A stretch of 25,090 nucleotides of DNA. Source: a virus. Taxonomy: Duplodnaviria > Caudoviricetes. The stretch's first letter is position 1, and every line of letters begins with the position of its first letter. Under the pieces are notes generated by a model. The model was not told the origin of the DNA and did no database searches. It saw only the letters and a program-made list of their open reading frames with translations. The stretch spans positions 1-25,090 of IMG/VR virus record IMGVR_UViG_3300042847_000001; one strand, 5' to 3'. The translations under genes were made by a program, and so were the position numbers. Shown piece after piece: positions 15,104-23,446 of the stretch.

Positions 15104-16951
15104 CTACCAGTTCCCGAAGCCTGCTGGAGGTGTCATCGCATAGGCGCTGTCCCCGAAATTCCCCACAAAGGTATCGCCAGTTATTTCCAGTGTTGTCATC
15201 GGGAAATACGGCCCGGCATTCAACGTCGCAAAGCTGATGCCTCCGACGCCTGTCGCTGGATTGTTTGCCGCGTTGTTATTCCAGTTCAGACTGGCATTGT
15301 GCCGGAACCAGATCAGCTTTGCATCGAGGTCGACGGCTATCGCTGCGGTGTTACCGGGCGCAAATGTCTGAATGGTCGCGATGTTGGAACTGTTTATGTA
15401 GACAGCTCCCCGCCAGCAAATACTGTTAAGGTCAGGCCCGCCGCCAAGGGCAGCCAGATTTGCACTGGCATTACCAAAACCGACGCCTTGCCCGTCAGGG
15501 TTCATAGCGGCAAAGGTCAATTCAAAATAGTATTTGCCGGTGGACCGCCCGCTACCGCTGCCGAGCATACCTGCGTAGAACGTACTGGCTGAGATCGATC
15601 CCGTCAGCTTGTCGGCTGACAACGTAATTGCAGCGACCTTCCTCGCCGGGTCCCAAGTAATGCTCGTCCCCGCCTGCACCCATGTCGCCTGAGTGACGCT
15701 GGACTGGTTGCCCGCCAGATCCTCATGCATGTAATAGGCATAGCGCGTGCCCGGTGTGATGCCGGTCGCCGTTGCAGTCTTCGCGCCGGTCGCGGAGATC
15801 GTTTGCGATCCGGCATAGATCGCCGCCGCGCCGGTATTGTTCTGCCCCGCCTTGACCTGTGCAGCGGTGGGGAACGTCGCGCTGCCCGTAACGACGTAGT
15901 ACAGCACGCCGTTCGCTTCGTTGGTCGTCACCGACAGTGTCGCCGTCGTCGGCGCGAGCAGCACGCCACCAGCCGAAGTCAGTACCGGCGCTGTCGGGTC
16001 CACCACAACGACGAGTGCGTTTGACGGACTGCTGGTGGACGCCCCGCGCTTATGCGTGACGGTCACTGAATTGCTGCCACTCGCGAGTGGCGTGGACAAC
16101 GCGATAATTCCTGTCCCCTCTTCGTAGCCCGTAACCGTGTGCGACACGAGCAGGACCCCACCAACGCGAACCTCGATGACATCGTTTTCAAGCGGCACAT
16201 CAACGCCCCAGTCGACGTTGAGATCGGGCGTTGTGTTATTTGTGATGTTGTCGGTGGATGAACTGCCGCTATCGGTAGCCGTCGTCAGCGAGATCAAGGT
16301 CGGCGTGGAAATGGTGCCTGGTGCACCGGCAAGCGTCGTAATCGTAAAGGTGTCGGACACGCCGCCAATCGTCAGCACGACATTGACCGCCGTCGAGTTC
16401 GACGCTGACGACGTGCCCCGCACCTTGACGGTAGCCCCGGCCGTGACACTGGTCGAGGTCGAGGCATAGCTGCCACCGTTGATTGAGTATTCGCCACCCG
16501 TGATCGTCATCGTGGCCGGCCCGTCGATCCCGGCGACCGTGATGGTGTTACTTTCAGTAACAGTGGAAAGCGCCGCCCCTGTCACGTCGGTGAAGCTGAA
16601 GGCGTTCGGCGTGGTGTCCTCGACCACGTTAATCACCGTGATGACGATCGTGCGGGTGATCGGCGCGCCGCCATTGGTGGCTGACACCGTTATGGTGTGG
16701 TTGGTCGCAGTCTCGTAATCCAGCGCCGCGGCGGTGTTCAGGTTTGTGCCATTGGTGCCTGCGGTGGTGAACTTGCCACCGGCGCTGTCGGTCAGCGTGA
16801 ATACATAAGTACCGGTCCCTCCCGCCACCGACAGCGTCGTGATCGTGGTGCCAATAGCCGCGCTTTCCAAAACGCTGGCATTGGTGATTTCGATCACTGG
16901 ACCGGTAGCGGCAGCTGAGCGCGCGATCAGACCGGCGCGGAATGAGACCAT
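15104..16951 (-). CDS. Multidomain adhesin-like protein: cadherin + Ig-like + FN3-like + C-terminal SPRY/ConA-like domain, 615 aa
   Basis: Cadherin signature (V.ESAAIGT...LDYET...ITVINV.E); DTTPNAFSF Ig-like module; bacterial Ig signature DSG...DNITN.TTP; APVL...TTNE.NG.LYYVV...EDLAGNQS module; SPRY-like WDP...ITLS...STGKYYFE...AVDLD...IWFR...YFP...NFG...PPAGF. Thr/Ser/Gly rich. No clear signal peptide. Confidence 0.75.
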   Translation of the reverse strand: MVSFRAGLIARSAAATGPVIEITNASVLESAAIGTTITTLSVAGGTGTYVFTLTDSAGGKFTTAGTNGTNLNTAAALDYETATNHTITVSATNGGAPITRTIVITVINVVEDTTPNAFSFTDVTGAALSTVTESNTITVAGIDGPATMTITGGEYSINGGSYASTSTSVTAGATVKVRGTSSASNSTAVNVVLTIGGVSDTFTITTLAGAPGTISTPTLISLTTATDSGSSSTDNITNNTTPDLNVDWGVDVPLENDVIEVRVGGVLLVSHTVTGYEEGTGIIALSTPLASGSNSVTVTHKRGASTSSPSNALVVVVDPTAPVLTSAGGVLLAPTTATLSVTTNEANGVLYYVVTGSATFPTAAQVKAGQNNTGAAAIYAGSQTISATGAKTATATGITPGTRYAYYMHEDLAGNQSSVTQATWVQAGTSITWDPARKVAAITLSADKLTGSISASTFYAGMLGSGSGRSTGKYYFELTFAAMNPDGQGVGFGNASANLAALGGGPDLNSICWRGAVYINSSNIATIQTFAPGNTAAIAVDLDAKLIWFRHNASLNWNNNAANNPATGVGGISFATLNAGPYFPMTTLEITGDTFVGNFGDSAYAMTPPAGFGNW

Positions 16952-16965
16952 GGTCTAAACTTCTC

Positions 16966-17373
16966 TCATGTGGGTTCGGTCCAGGCGTGCACGGTGACCA
17001 CGGCGTGCGCGGTAATGCCGTCGGGATCGCGCATGTACTGGATCTGCTCGATCGAGAGCTCGATCAGCCGCTGGCCGTCGATGACGATCTCGGCGCGGTC
17101 GAGATCGGACGCGATGGCGGCGCCGAGCTGCTTGACCTGGACGGTGTCCGGCCCGGCCGCCCAGCCGTCGAGCGTCATGAACACTTCGCCGCCATCGAGA
17201 CAGTCGCCGTGCTCGGGCAGCATCTGGAACGGCCCGAACGACACATAGGGTTTGACCGCGCTGCCGGGCACGCCGTCGTAAATCCGCCCGCCGGTCAGCG
17301 CGCCGGTCTCGCCGGCCTTCATGATCGACAACGTGCCTTTCTGCATCGCCAGCGCCGGATCGGAATAGCTCAT
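16966..17373 (-). CDS. Tail completion / terminator protein (DUF3168, gp17-like), 135 aa
   Basis: DPALAMQ...GGRIYDGVP....PYVSFGP...RDPDG.TAHAVV motif. ATGA overlap with the head closure gene. Confidence 0.85.
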   Translation of the reverse strand: MSYSDPALAMQKGTLSIMKAGETGALTGGRIYDGVPGSAVKPYVSFGPFQMLPEHGDCLDGGEVFMTLDGWAAGPDTVQVKQLGAAIASDLDRAEIVIDGQRLIELSIEQIQYMRDPDGITAHAVVTVHAWTEPT

Positions 17374-17741
17374 ACCGCCACCCCGGTTTCGGCGATCATC
17401 TCGATCCACAGCCCGTGCCGGCTGTCGCCGATCAGCGGGTCGATCGCGGTGCGGATATTATATTCTCGGCCCTCGCCGTCGGTCGCCCGCCAGTCGGTGG
17501 TGATCAGCCTGGTGTCCGGCGACTTGCGCACCCGGATCAGGACGGGCTGGCGGCCGGCCAGCCGCGCCGCGTCCACCGCCTCGCCGCCGAGCTTGGCAAT
17601 GATGTTGGCCGACACCGTGAAGCGGTCGACCCAGCCGCCCGACACGTTGCCATACTCGTCCTGCGTGGTGTCGCGCTCGGCGAACGTCACCCGATAGCGC
17701 AGGTCGCCCGCGCCGCTAACGCTTGCGAGGCCGGAAGGCAT
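17370..17741 (-). CDS. Head closure / head-tail adaptor (SPP1 gp16-like), ~123 aa
   Basis: AGDLRYRVTF......DEYGN...W......A.I...GGEAV.AARL.G.QP..IRVR...I...WR...YNI motif. Start uncertain (ATG 17741 chosen). Confidence 0.8.
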   Translation of the reverse strand: MPSGLASVSGAGDLRYRVTFAERDTTQDEYGNVSGGWVDRFTVSANIIAKLGGEAVDAARLAGRQPVLIRVRKSPDTRLITTDWRATDGEGREYNIRTAIDPLIGDSRHGLWIEMIAETGVAV

Positions 17742-17934
17742 GTCTTGCGTCCACGATGTCGAAACCGGCCGCATCACCGGAAGGCGTCGCAACGATACGG
17801 CCGGCTCCCTGGCGCTCGATTTCGCGCGCGGCGATTTCAAGCACCCGAGCGTAAGTAACCCCCGCGCGAAACCGCACCGTGCGGCGCGGATGCAGCGAAT
17901 AATGGTAGTCGCGGTTGAAGTAGACGGTCTGCAT
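17716..17934 (-). CDS. Small basic hypothetical protein, 72 aa (MQTVYFNRDYHYSLHPRRTVRFRAG...)
   Basis: ATG overlaps the connector stop (TGATG at 17932-17936) and the ORF fills the gap between connector and closure genes. Confidence 0.6.
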   Translation of the reverse strand: MQTVYFNRDYHYSLHPRRTVRFRAGVTYARVLEIAAREIERQGAGRIVATPSGDAAGFDIVDARHAFRPRKR

Positions 17935-18476
17935 CAGCACCTCGGGAACCAGTATGTGCTGATGACATCGGTCATCCAGCCCGGCGATTGCGCCTCGGTG
18001 CCGGCGACCAGGATCTCGCGGTTCTCGTACAGGTGCGATGTGTAGCGCAGGATGGCGTCGGTAATGCCGGGGTCGAGCTCGTCGGCGTCGGCATAACCAG
18101 ACGGGATGCTGACTGCCATGCCGGCGGCGTATGGCCCGACCAGGCAATACAGGCCGACGCCGTGCGTAGACATGGTCTCGACCATGTAGTTTCCGGTCAC
18201 GTCGCCATCGACATCAACCGTGACATCGTTCACCGGCGACACCGGAACCGTTGCAACACTGTCGCAAAAATTAGCTTCATCGGGCGACCAGGTCCACGTC
18301 ACCGGGTTGACCGATACGTTGGTGACCCGCTCAAACCAGTTGATGGCCCGCTTGATGGCGTCGGTGATGTAGGCATCGTCATAGGTGCCGTCGACGCGAA
18401 GATGGCTTTTGACGATCGGCAGCAACGCTTCCGGCAGCACGGTGCGGTCGAGCCCGGTGGATGCGATCGCGCTCAT
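17934..18476 (-). CDS. Head-tail connector (HK97 gp6-like), 180 aa
   Basis: VKSHLRVDGTYDDAYI...I..A...ER.T and C-terminal I..AILRY.SHLYENRE motifs. Confidence 0.85.
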   Translation of the reverse strand: MSAIASTGLDRTVLPEALLPIVKSHLRVDGTYDDAYITDAIKRAINWFERVTNVSVNPVTWTWSPDEANFCDSVATVPVSPVNDVTVDVDGDVTGNYMVETMSTHGVGLYCLVGPYAAGMAVSIPSGYADADELDPGITDAILRYTSHLYENREILVAGTEAQSPGWMTDVISTYWFPRC

Positions 18477-19093
18477 GCCATCACCTGGCGGTAGTAGCGT
18501 TCGATCACCGGCATCAGGTCGCAGGACAGCACCGAGCCGTCGGAGCGCAGCAACATCAGCGTGGCGTCCGCAATCGTCATTTCCTCGATCCCGATCCCGT
18601 CGGCGCCGCGCTCGCCCCTGGCCCCGCGCTCGCCGGCCGGCCCCTTTTCCCCAGGCCGCCCCCGCACCCCCTTGGCACCCAGCATCCAGCCCGGCCCCGG
18701 CAGTTCACCGGGGTCGTCCTTCACCGCCCGCCATTCGCTGCCGTTGTGGCTGACCACATCCATGGCCCGATACTGCGCCGACGCATCCCAGAGGCCCCGC
18801 GCCTCGCCGGGATAGGCATCCAGCCCGCGCTCGCCTTGCGGTCCCGGTTCCCCTGCCGGCCCAGGCGGCCCGATATCGCCCGCCAGCCCGCGCGGCCCGG
18901 GATCGCCCACCGGCCCGCGCTCGCCGTTCTGGCCCCGCTCGCCGGGCTCCCCGGCAGGCCCCGGCATCCGCACCAGGTTGCCGTACTCGTCAATCAGTTC
19001 CGCGACCCTGGCTTCCAGCTCCACCCTGGCATTGCGTTCCGTCGCCAGCACCTCGCCGACGGCGGCGATAATCGAGCTATGATCAAGCTGCAT
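18473..19093 (-). CDS. Collagen-like protein with central CBM5/12-like aromatic module, 206 aa
   Basis: N-terminal coiled coil, 16 consecutive Gly-X-Y triplets, RGLWDASAQYRAMDVVSHNGSEWRA module, then ~10 more Gly-X-Y triplets. Confidence 0.8.
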   Translation of the reverse strand: MQLDHSSIIAAVGEVLATERNARVELEARVAELIDEYGNLVRMPGPAGEPGERGQNGERGPVGDPGPRGLAGDIGPPGPAGEPGPQGERGLDAYPGEARGLWDASAQYRAMDVVSHNGSEWRAVKDDPGELPGPGWMLGAKGVRGRPGEKGPAGERGARGERGADGIGIEEMTIADATLMLLRSDGSVLSCDLMPVIERYYRQVMA

Positions 19094-20471
19094 GGCTATC
19101 CATGGTCCGCTGTAACAGGAACCGCGCGTAGGCTTTTGCCTCTTCCGGATCCGGCTTGTCGTCCTTGGGATCCTCGGCGTCGGGCGGCGGCAATGCCGGC
19201 GCCGGCGCCGGCCTGGTCAGCGCCTGGTCCCATGCGCTCAACGGGACGACCTGCTGCTGTACCCGGGGTTCGTTGCCGTCTTTTGCCGCCGGCAGGCTTT
19301 CGTGTGCCCTGGCTTCATTCGGCGAGAAGATGCCGCCCTGTACCGCCCGGGCCAGGCCGTCGATGCGGTCCTTGAATGCCGAACGCAGCAGGATCGAGCT
19401 GTCGAGTTCCGAATATTCGCCGACCGCCTTGGACAGCCCGAACAGCCGGTCGATCGCCAGCTCGACCTGGTTGAGGGCAAAGCCGAGGCCGCCGCCGATC
19501 CAGAAATTCATCAATGCTTCGGTCGAGCCCATTGGCTGCGCCTCGCTGCCGATGATCGCCAGCGGTACCCGGAACACGGCGGCGATCTGCTGGTCGCTCA
19601 TCTTCTGCGCCTCGGCGAACTGGGCGTCGGCCTGTGAAACGCTGATCGGCTGGAACTTCAGCCCCGAGGTCAGGATCGGAGTGCCGCCGGCCGCAAGTCC
19701 CCTGGCCTGCTCGTCCCACCGGCCGCGCAACTGGTTGACCTGTTCCGGCGTCAGCACCATGTCGGTCTGCAGGACACCGGATGGCCTGGACTGGTTGCCA
19801 TAGAACGCGATCGATTGCGCCATCATGGCATTGCCGGCACCGACCGCCAGTGCGGCCGCGGTCAGCGGCGTGTCGCCGATCAGGACATGACGCGGCGTAT
19901 GAAGGCGGATGTGCAGCACGTCGCGCGCCGGCACATAGCTGAGTTCGTCGAGCTCGAGCGCCTCGATGCGGCCATCAATCACGTCGTTGCCGCCGAGCTT
20001 GTAGTAGATCTCGCCGCCGATCACCTGTGGCTGGCATTGCCGCGGATGCATCAGGTGCAGCGACGATATCTCAAACCGGTCGTTGCGCAGCGCCAGCGCG
20101 TAGGCATTGCCGTCGAGGTAGAGCGAGCGCACCGCATTCAATAAAAAATCGCTGATGGTCTGGTAATCGTTCGGGCTCCGCAGGATCCGCGACAGCGCCG
20201 AGGTGGTGATGCGCTCGCGCCCGCCATTGCCCTGCTCGCGCCAGTGACTGCCAGGGCACATGGCGATCGTCTGTGCGTAGGCCGAGACGCAGGCTTCCAC
20301 CATTGCCGACGTGGCGCCGCCAGACGGGTCGTAACCCATCTGCCAGAAGTTCATGTATTTACCGACACTCGCGGGCAGCCAGCCGTCCATGGTCAGCCAC
20401 GGACCGTCGCGGTAGGCACCCTCCGCAGCCTTGGTGCGGAAGGCGTCCGTGATCCGGGTCAGCAGGTTCAT
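19083..20471 (-). CDS. Phage portal protein (HK97 family), 462 aa
   Basis: VEACVSAYAQTIA..P, PNDYQT..DF....SL.LDGNAYA, DVLHIR, FYGNQSRPSGVL, IAAVFRVP, GIFSPNEARAHE.LP motifs. Confidence 0.93.
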   Translation of the reverse strand: MNLLTRITDAFRTKAAEGAYRDGPWLTMDGWLPASVGKYMNFWQMGYDPSGGATSAMVEACVSAYAQTIAMCPGSHWREQGNGGRERITTSALSRILRSPNDYQTISDFLLNAVRSLYLDGNAYALALRNDRFEISSLHLMHPRQCQPQVIGGEIYYKLGGNDVIDGRIEALELDELSYVPARDVLHIRLHTPRHVLIGDTPLTAAALAVGAGNAMMAQSIAFYGNQSRPSGVLQTDMVLTPEQVNQLRGRWDEQARGLAAGGTPILTSGLKFQPISVSQADAQFAEAQKMSDQQIAAVFRVPLAIIGSEAQPMGSTEALMNFWIGGGLGFALNQVELAIDRLFGLSKAVGEYSELDSSILLRSAFKDRIDGLARAVQGGIFSPNEARAHESLPAAKDGNEPRVQQQVVPLSAWDQALTRPAPAPALPPPDAEDPKDDKPDPEEAKAYARFLLQRTMDSHAA

Positions 20472-21175
20472 GTCTTGGGCTGTGGCCTTGCCAGACGGCC
20501 TGGCGCGCGTGTTTCGTAATTACCAGCCGGCGCGCCCCCTTGCATCGCCCTTTGGTTATGGTCGCTATTGCGCTTCTCGCGCGCCTGCCGCTGCTCGTCG
20601 GTCTCGTTTCGCTGCGGCTTGCGCTTCGCCTGGCGTTCCGTATTGCGCTTCTGACGGCCTTCATTGCGCATTTCACGCTCCCGCCGTGCGTCCCCGGTTT
20701 CACCTTCCGGCGCAGGCTCGTCGGGCTCTTCCGGGTCGGCTTGCGCCTGCGCCCAGGCATTGGCCGCTTCTATCGCATAGGCGCGGTCCTCGTCGGTCAA
20801 TTCATGGTCGTGATCGACAAGCGGGTTGTTTTCGGCATCAAACGAAGAAGGTATGTCGCTCATATTAATCGCCCAGTGACTATCCTTGGCGTCCTCGGCC
20901 TCCGCGTCGGGCATCGTCAGCACGGTATGACGATACGGCCCGACGATGACCCACATCGCCCTGGTGCCCTCCATCCCGACAGGCTGTGTCACCAGTTGCT
21001 CGGCAGGGATCGGCCGCGATGCATTGGCTGCGATATCGGCGGCGACCTTGGCGTTAGCCTCCGCGCTGGCGTCGTCCTCGCCGGCGGCCCGCGGTGCGTA
21101 AGCGGCGGCTACTGCCTCGGGCGGAATCCTGGCACCCTTCGGCGGCGTCGGTAGATCGGGTTGCTTGTCTGCCAT
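20468..21175 (-). CDS. Hypothetical protein, acidic centre and Arg/Glu/Gln-rich C-terminus, 235 aa
   Basis: Co-oriented ORF filling the capsid-portal gap. GGAG upstream. Stop overlaps the portal ATG (ATGA). Confidence 0.65.
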   Translation of the reverse strand: MADKQPDLPTPPKGARIPPEAVAAAYAPRAAGEDDASAEANAKVAADIAANASRPIPAEQLVTQPVGMEGTRAMWVIVGPYRHTVLTMPDAEAEDAKDSHWAINMSDIPSSFDAENNPLVDHDHELTDEDRAYAIEAANAWAQAQADPEEPDEPAPEGETGDARREREMRNEGRQKRNTERQAKRKPQRNETDEQRQAREKRNSDHNQRAMQGGAPAGNYETRAPGRLARPQPKT

Positions 21176-21193
21176 GTCATGGCTCCATCGGTT

Positions 21194-21226
21194 AAAAAAC
21201 TGGCGGGAAACAAAATGCTCCCCGCC
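21194..21226 (-). terminator. Rho-independent terminator downstream of the major capsid gene
   Basis: Minus strand GGCGGGGAGCA-TTT-TGTTTCCCGCC-AG-TTTTTT, ~30 nt after the capsid stop. Confidence 0.7.
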
Positions 21227-21255
21227 GATAGTCCAGTTCTACTTATCTTGTCCTA

Positions 21256-23163
21256 CTACCAAGTAACTCCCGTCATCCAGCTAACCATCGAAGTCCGCCG
21301 CATGGTCCAGTTCATGTCCACCATCATCCTAATACCAATTGAGGCTGTCTGCCAAAGTGACCGTGTCGGCGTGGCGAGAACGCCAGAACCCTGGGCACCC
21401 GTCGCGATCGGCAGCGGCGTGGTGTCTTCTTCGTGGATGGTTGCCACGTCGGAGACATCAAACTCGGGAGCGTCACCGGTCACGCTGGCGAACTCGGAAG
21501 CGTCCAGCATGATCAGCATGCCCGCGGGCACGGTGGTCGAGGTGATGACCGTCAGGTTGCGAAGCGTGCCGTCCTGAACGTCCGCGAACACAAACTCTCC
21601 GTTCGGGGTAACCACCCAGGACAACGAGAGCGATTGCGCGGTGTTCATGAGCAGCACCAGGTCGCGGCCGCCACGGGCGGCAACGATCGGCGCGATGAGT
21701 GCCTTGATATCGGCAATCATCTTGTCGAACGCAGCGGTAGCCACCGAAGGCGTCAGACCGGATACGCCATTGCGTAGACCGGCCGGTCGGATGGTATCGG
21801 CCGCCACAGCGTCGATCAGCACGGTGTCGATCGCCACCGCCGTATCGTCGTTGATGGCCTGGCGGATCACGCCCTCGATCGCCGGCGTGGAATGCAGCGC
21901 CATCTCTCTGGTGAACTCGCTGATCACCGCCATTTTCTTCGGCGTCAGCGGGATAGCCGTCAGCCCGAGCTTGCGCACCGGGATCGGCTGGCCTTCACCA
22001 ACGAATGAGCCGTTGATGGTCGGCGTGGCCGAGCGTCCAGGTATCCGGATCGTGCCGTTCCGGCCAAAGGTAAACTTGATCCCCTTGGAAGAAAGACGCG
22101 GGTAGATCGTGGTGATCGGAAGCTGGTTGAGGAAGTCCGCAATAGCGGTTCCAACCAGTTCAGCCGCCCAGGTTGCCTGCGTAGTAAGAGCAGGACCAAC
22201 AGCGGTTTTCAGCACCGCACCGGTACCCTCGTCGCCCGGATAGCGTTCGCGCAGCACTTCCTCGATGGTCTTCTGCTGCATCTTGGCAATGAAGTGCGTG
22301 GTCATGGCGCGATAGATGTGGTCGCGCGGATCGAGTTTGCGCAATGCGTGCGGCGTGCGGATGATCGCCGGCGCCTGCATGCGTTGTTCGGAACTGGCGC
22401 GCTGCGATGCGAGGCCGGTTTCGAGCTTCTTCAAGGTGTCGATCTGCCTGGAGATGGTGTCGCGATTAAGCGTCCGCTCCTCGATTTCCGCCTGCGCGGT
22501 GTCATCGAGCGTATCCAGCTCGGCGAGTTCCTGAAGGCGGTCCTGGTTGGCATTGTATTCGATTTGCGCATGTTCAATGCGCTCTGAGAGAGGTTTCATT
22601 TTCGTGCCCTGTGGCGCGAGGTATTTGGCAGACTTGCCAGTGGTGCGGCTGCGGTTTTCATCTGCAGGCTTGCAGAAAACCTCGGCCACGATGTCGCCCG
22701 GAAGGTTGAGCGATTTGACGGTGGAGAGTGCGTTGGGGTTCGCAGGAACGGATACCAGCGAACACTCCAGCAACTCTGATTTGGTAAAACGGAACGGCCC
22801 GTAATATTTGTCGGCGTCCTCGTTGAGCGGTGATTTTTCGACCGGCCGGAAGCCAACCGACACCGCGCGCAGGATGTTCTGCCGAACCAGAGCCCGCACG
22901 GTGTCGACCAACGGCGAGGTACCAGCCTCGGCCAGTTCAAGTTCGCCGCGCAACTGCCCGCCCTCGATGCGCACGTCGGCCCATTTGCCGATTACCTGGT
23001 CGGTGTCGTGGTTGAACAGCGCGATCGGATGGCTCTTGAAATGATCGAGCATCCAGCCCTTCGGCTCGATCACGTCGCCCATCCGGTCGATGCTGGCGTC
23101 GGACATAACGAATGTATTCGGAACACCACCCGGAGGCGGTGCCGATTTCACGGCATATCGCAT
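21256..23163 (-). CDS. Fused prohead protease (HK97 U35/S78 type) + scaffold (delta) + major capsid protein, 635 aa
   Basis: N-terminal DRMGDVI..GW...PIALFNHD...IGKW...AVSVGF...ELLECSLVSVPANPNA protease motifs; coiled-coil delta-like segment; HK97-fold capsid motifs (FVGEGQPIPV, LTPKKMAVISEFTRE, RPAGLRNG, SLWQT..IGIR). One uninterrupted ORF. Confidence 0.92.
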   Translation of the reverse strand: MRYAVKSAPPPGGVPNTFVMSDASIDRMGDVIEPKGWMLDHFKSHPIALFNHDTDQVIGKWADVRIEGGQLRGELELAEAGTSPLVDTVRALVRQNILRAVSVGFRPVEKSPLNEDADKYYGPFRFTKSELLECSLVSVPANPNALSTVKSLNLPGDIVAEVFCKPADENRSRTTGKSAKYLAPQGTKMKPLSERIEHAQIEYNANQDRLQELAELDTLDDTAQAEIEERTLNRDTISRQIDTLKKLETGLASQRASSEQRMQAPAIIRTPHALRKLDPRDHIYRAMTTHFIAKMQQKTIEEVLRERYPGDEGTGAVLKTAVGPALTTQATWAAELVGTAIADFLNQLPITTIYPRLSSKGIKFTFGRNGTIRIPGRSATPTINGSFVGEGQPIPVRKLGLTAIPLTPKKMAVISEFTREMALHSTPAIEGVIRQAINDDTAVAIDTVLIDAVAADTIRPAGLRNGVSGLTPSVATAAFDKMIADIKALIAPIVAARGGRDLVLLMNTAQSLSLSWVVTPNGEFVFADVQDGTLRNLTVITSTTVPAGMLIMLDASEFASVTGDAPEFDVSDVATIHEEDTTPLPIATGAQGSGVLATPTRSLWQTASIGIRMMVDMNWTMRRTSMVSWMTGVTW

Positions 23164-23167
23164 CTGA

Positions 23168-23446
23168 TTATTCCCTGGAGAGAGCCGCTAACGCTTGCCG
23201 GTTCTGGTCCGGCGTCATGTTGGCTTCGCCGACGGCGGCGAGCATTTCCTGCATTCCAAGCACGATCGAAACATCGTCGCTGTCAACTATCAGGTAGGAC
23301 TGCGCCGCACCGTCGCGGAACGCGGTCTCGACCTCGATTGCGGTGACGCCCTCGGCCATCACGCTATCGACTACGCCGGCGATCACGTCGACATCCCTGG
23401 TACGATCTGCGACCAGCAGCATGTGACGGTGCCGCGGCGTGATCAC
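23168..23446 (-). CDS. Hypothetical protein, ~92 aa
   Basis: GTG start overlapping the terminase stop (GTGA at 23443-23446). Ends 4 nt before the capsid ATG. Confidence 0.55.
   Translation of the reverse strand: MITPRHRHMLLVADRTRDVDVIAGVVDSVMAEGVTAIEVETAFRDGAAQSYLIVDSDDVSIVLGMQEMLAAVGEANMTPDQNRQALAALSRE

Noticed and set aside
15104-15670. C-terminal lectin-like domain as a possible diversity-generating retroelement target
   Set aside because: No reverse transcriptase and no template/variable repeat pair was seen in the window.
6606-17840. Longer ORF-track starts for the hub (6638), DUF2163-like (7715), chaperone (11304), tail completion (17409) and head closure (17840) genes
   Set aside because: Each extension overlaps the upstream gene substantially. 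Internal ATGs give short stop/start overlaps and family-typical N-termini.
18590-18965. GC-rich 9-bp periodicity resembling a tandem repeat or CRISPR-like array
   Set aside because: Explained by Gly-X-Y collagen codons. There are no identical repeats with unique spacers.
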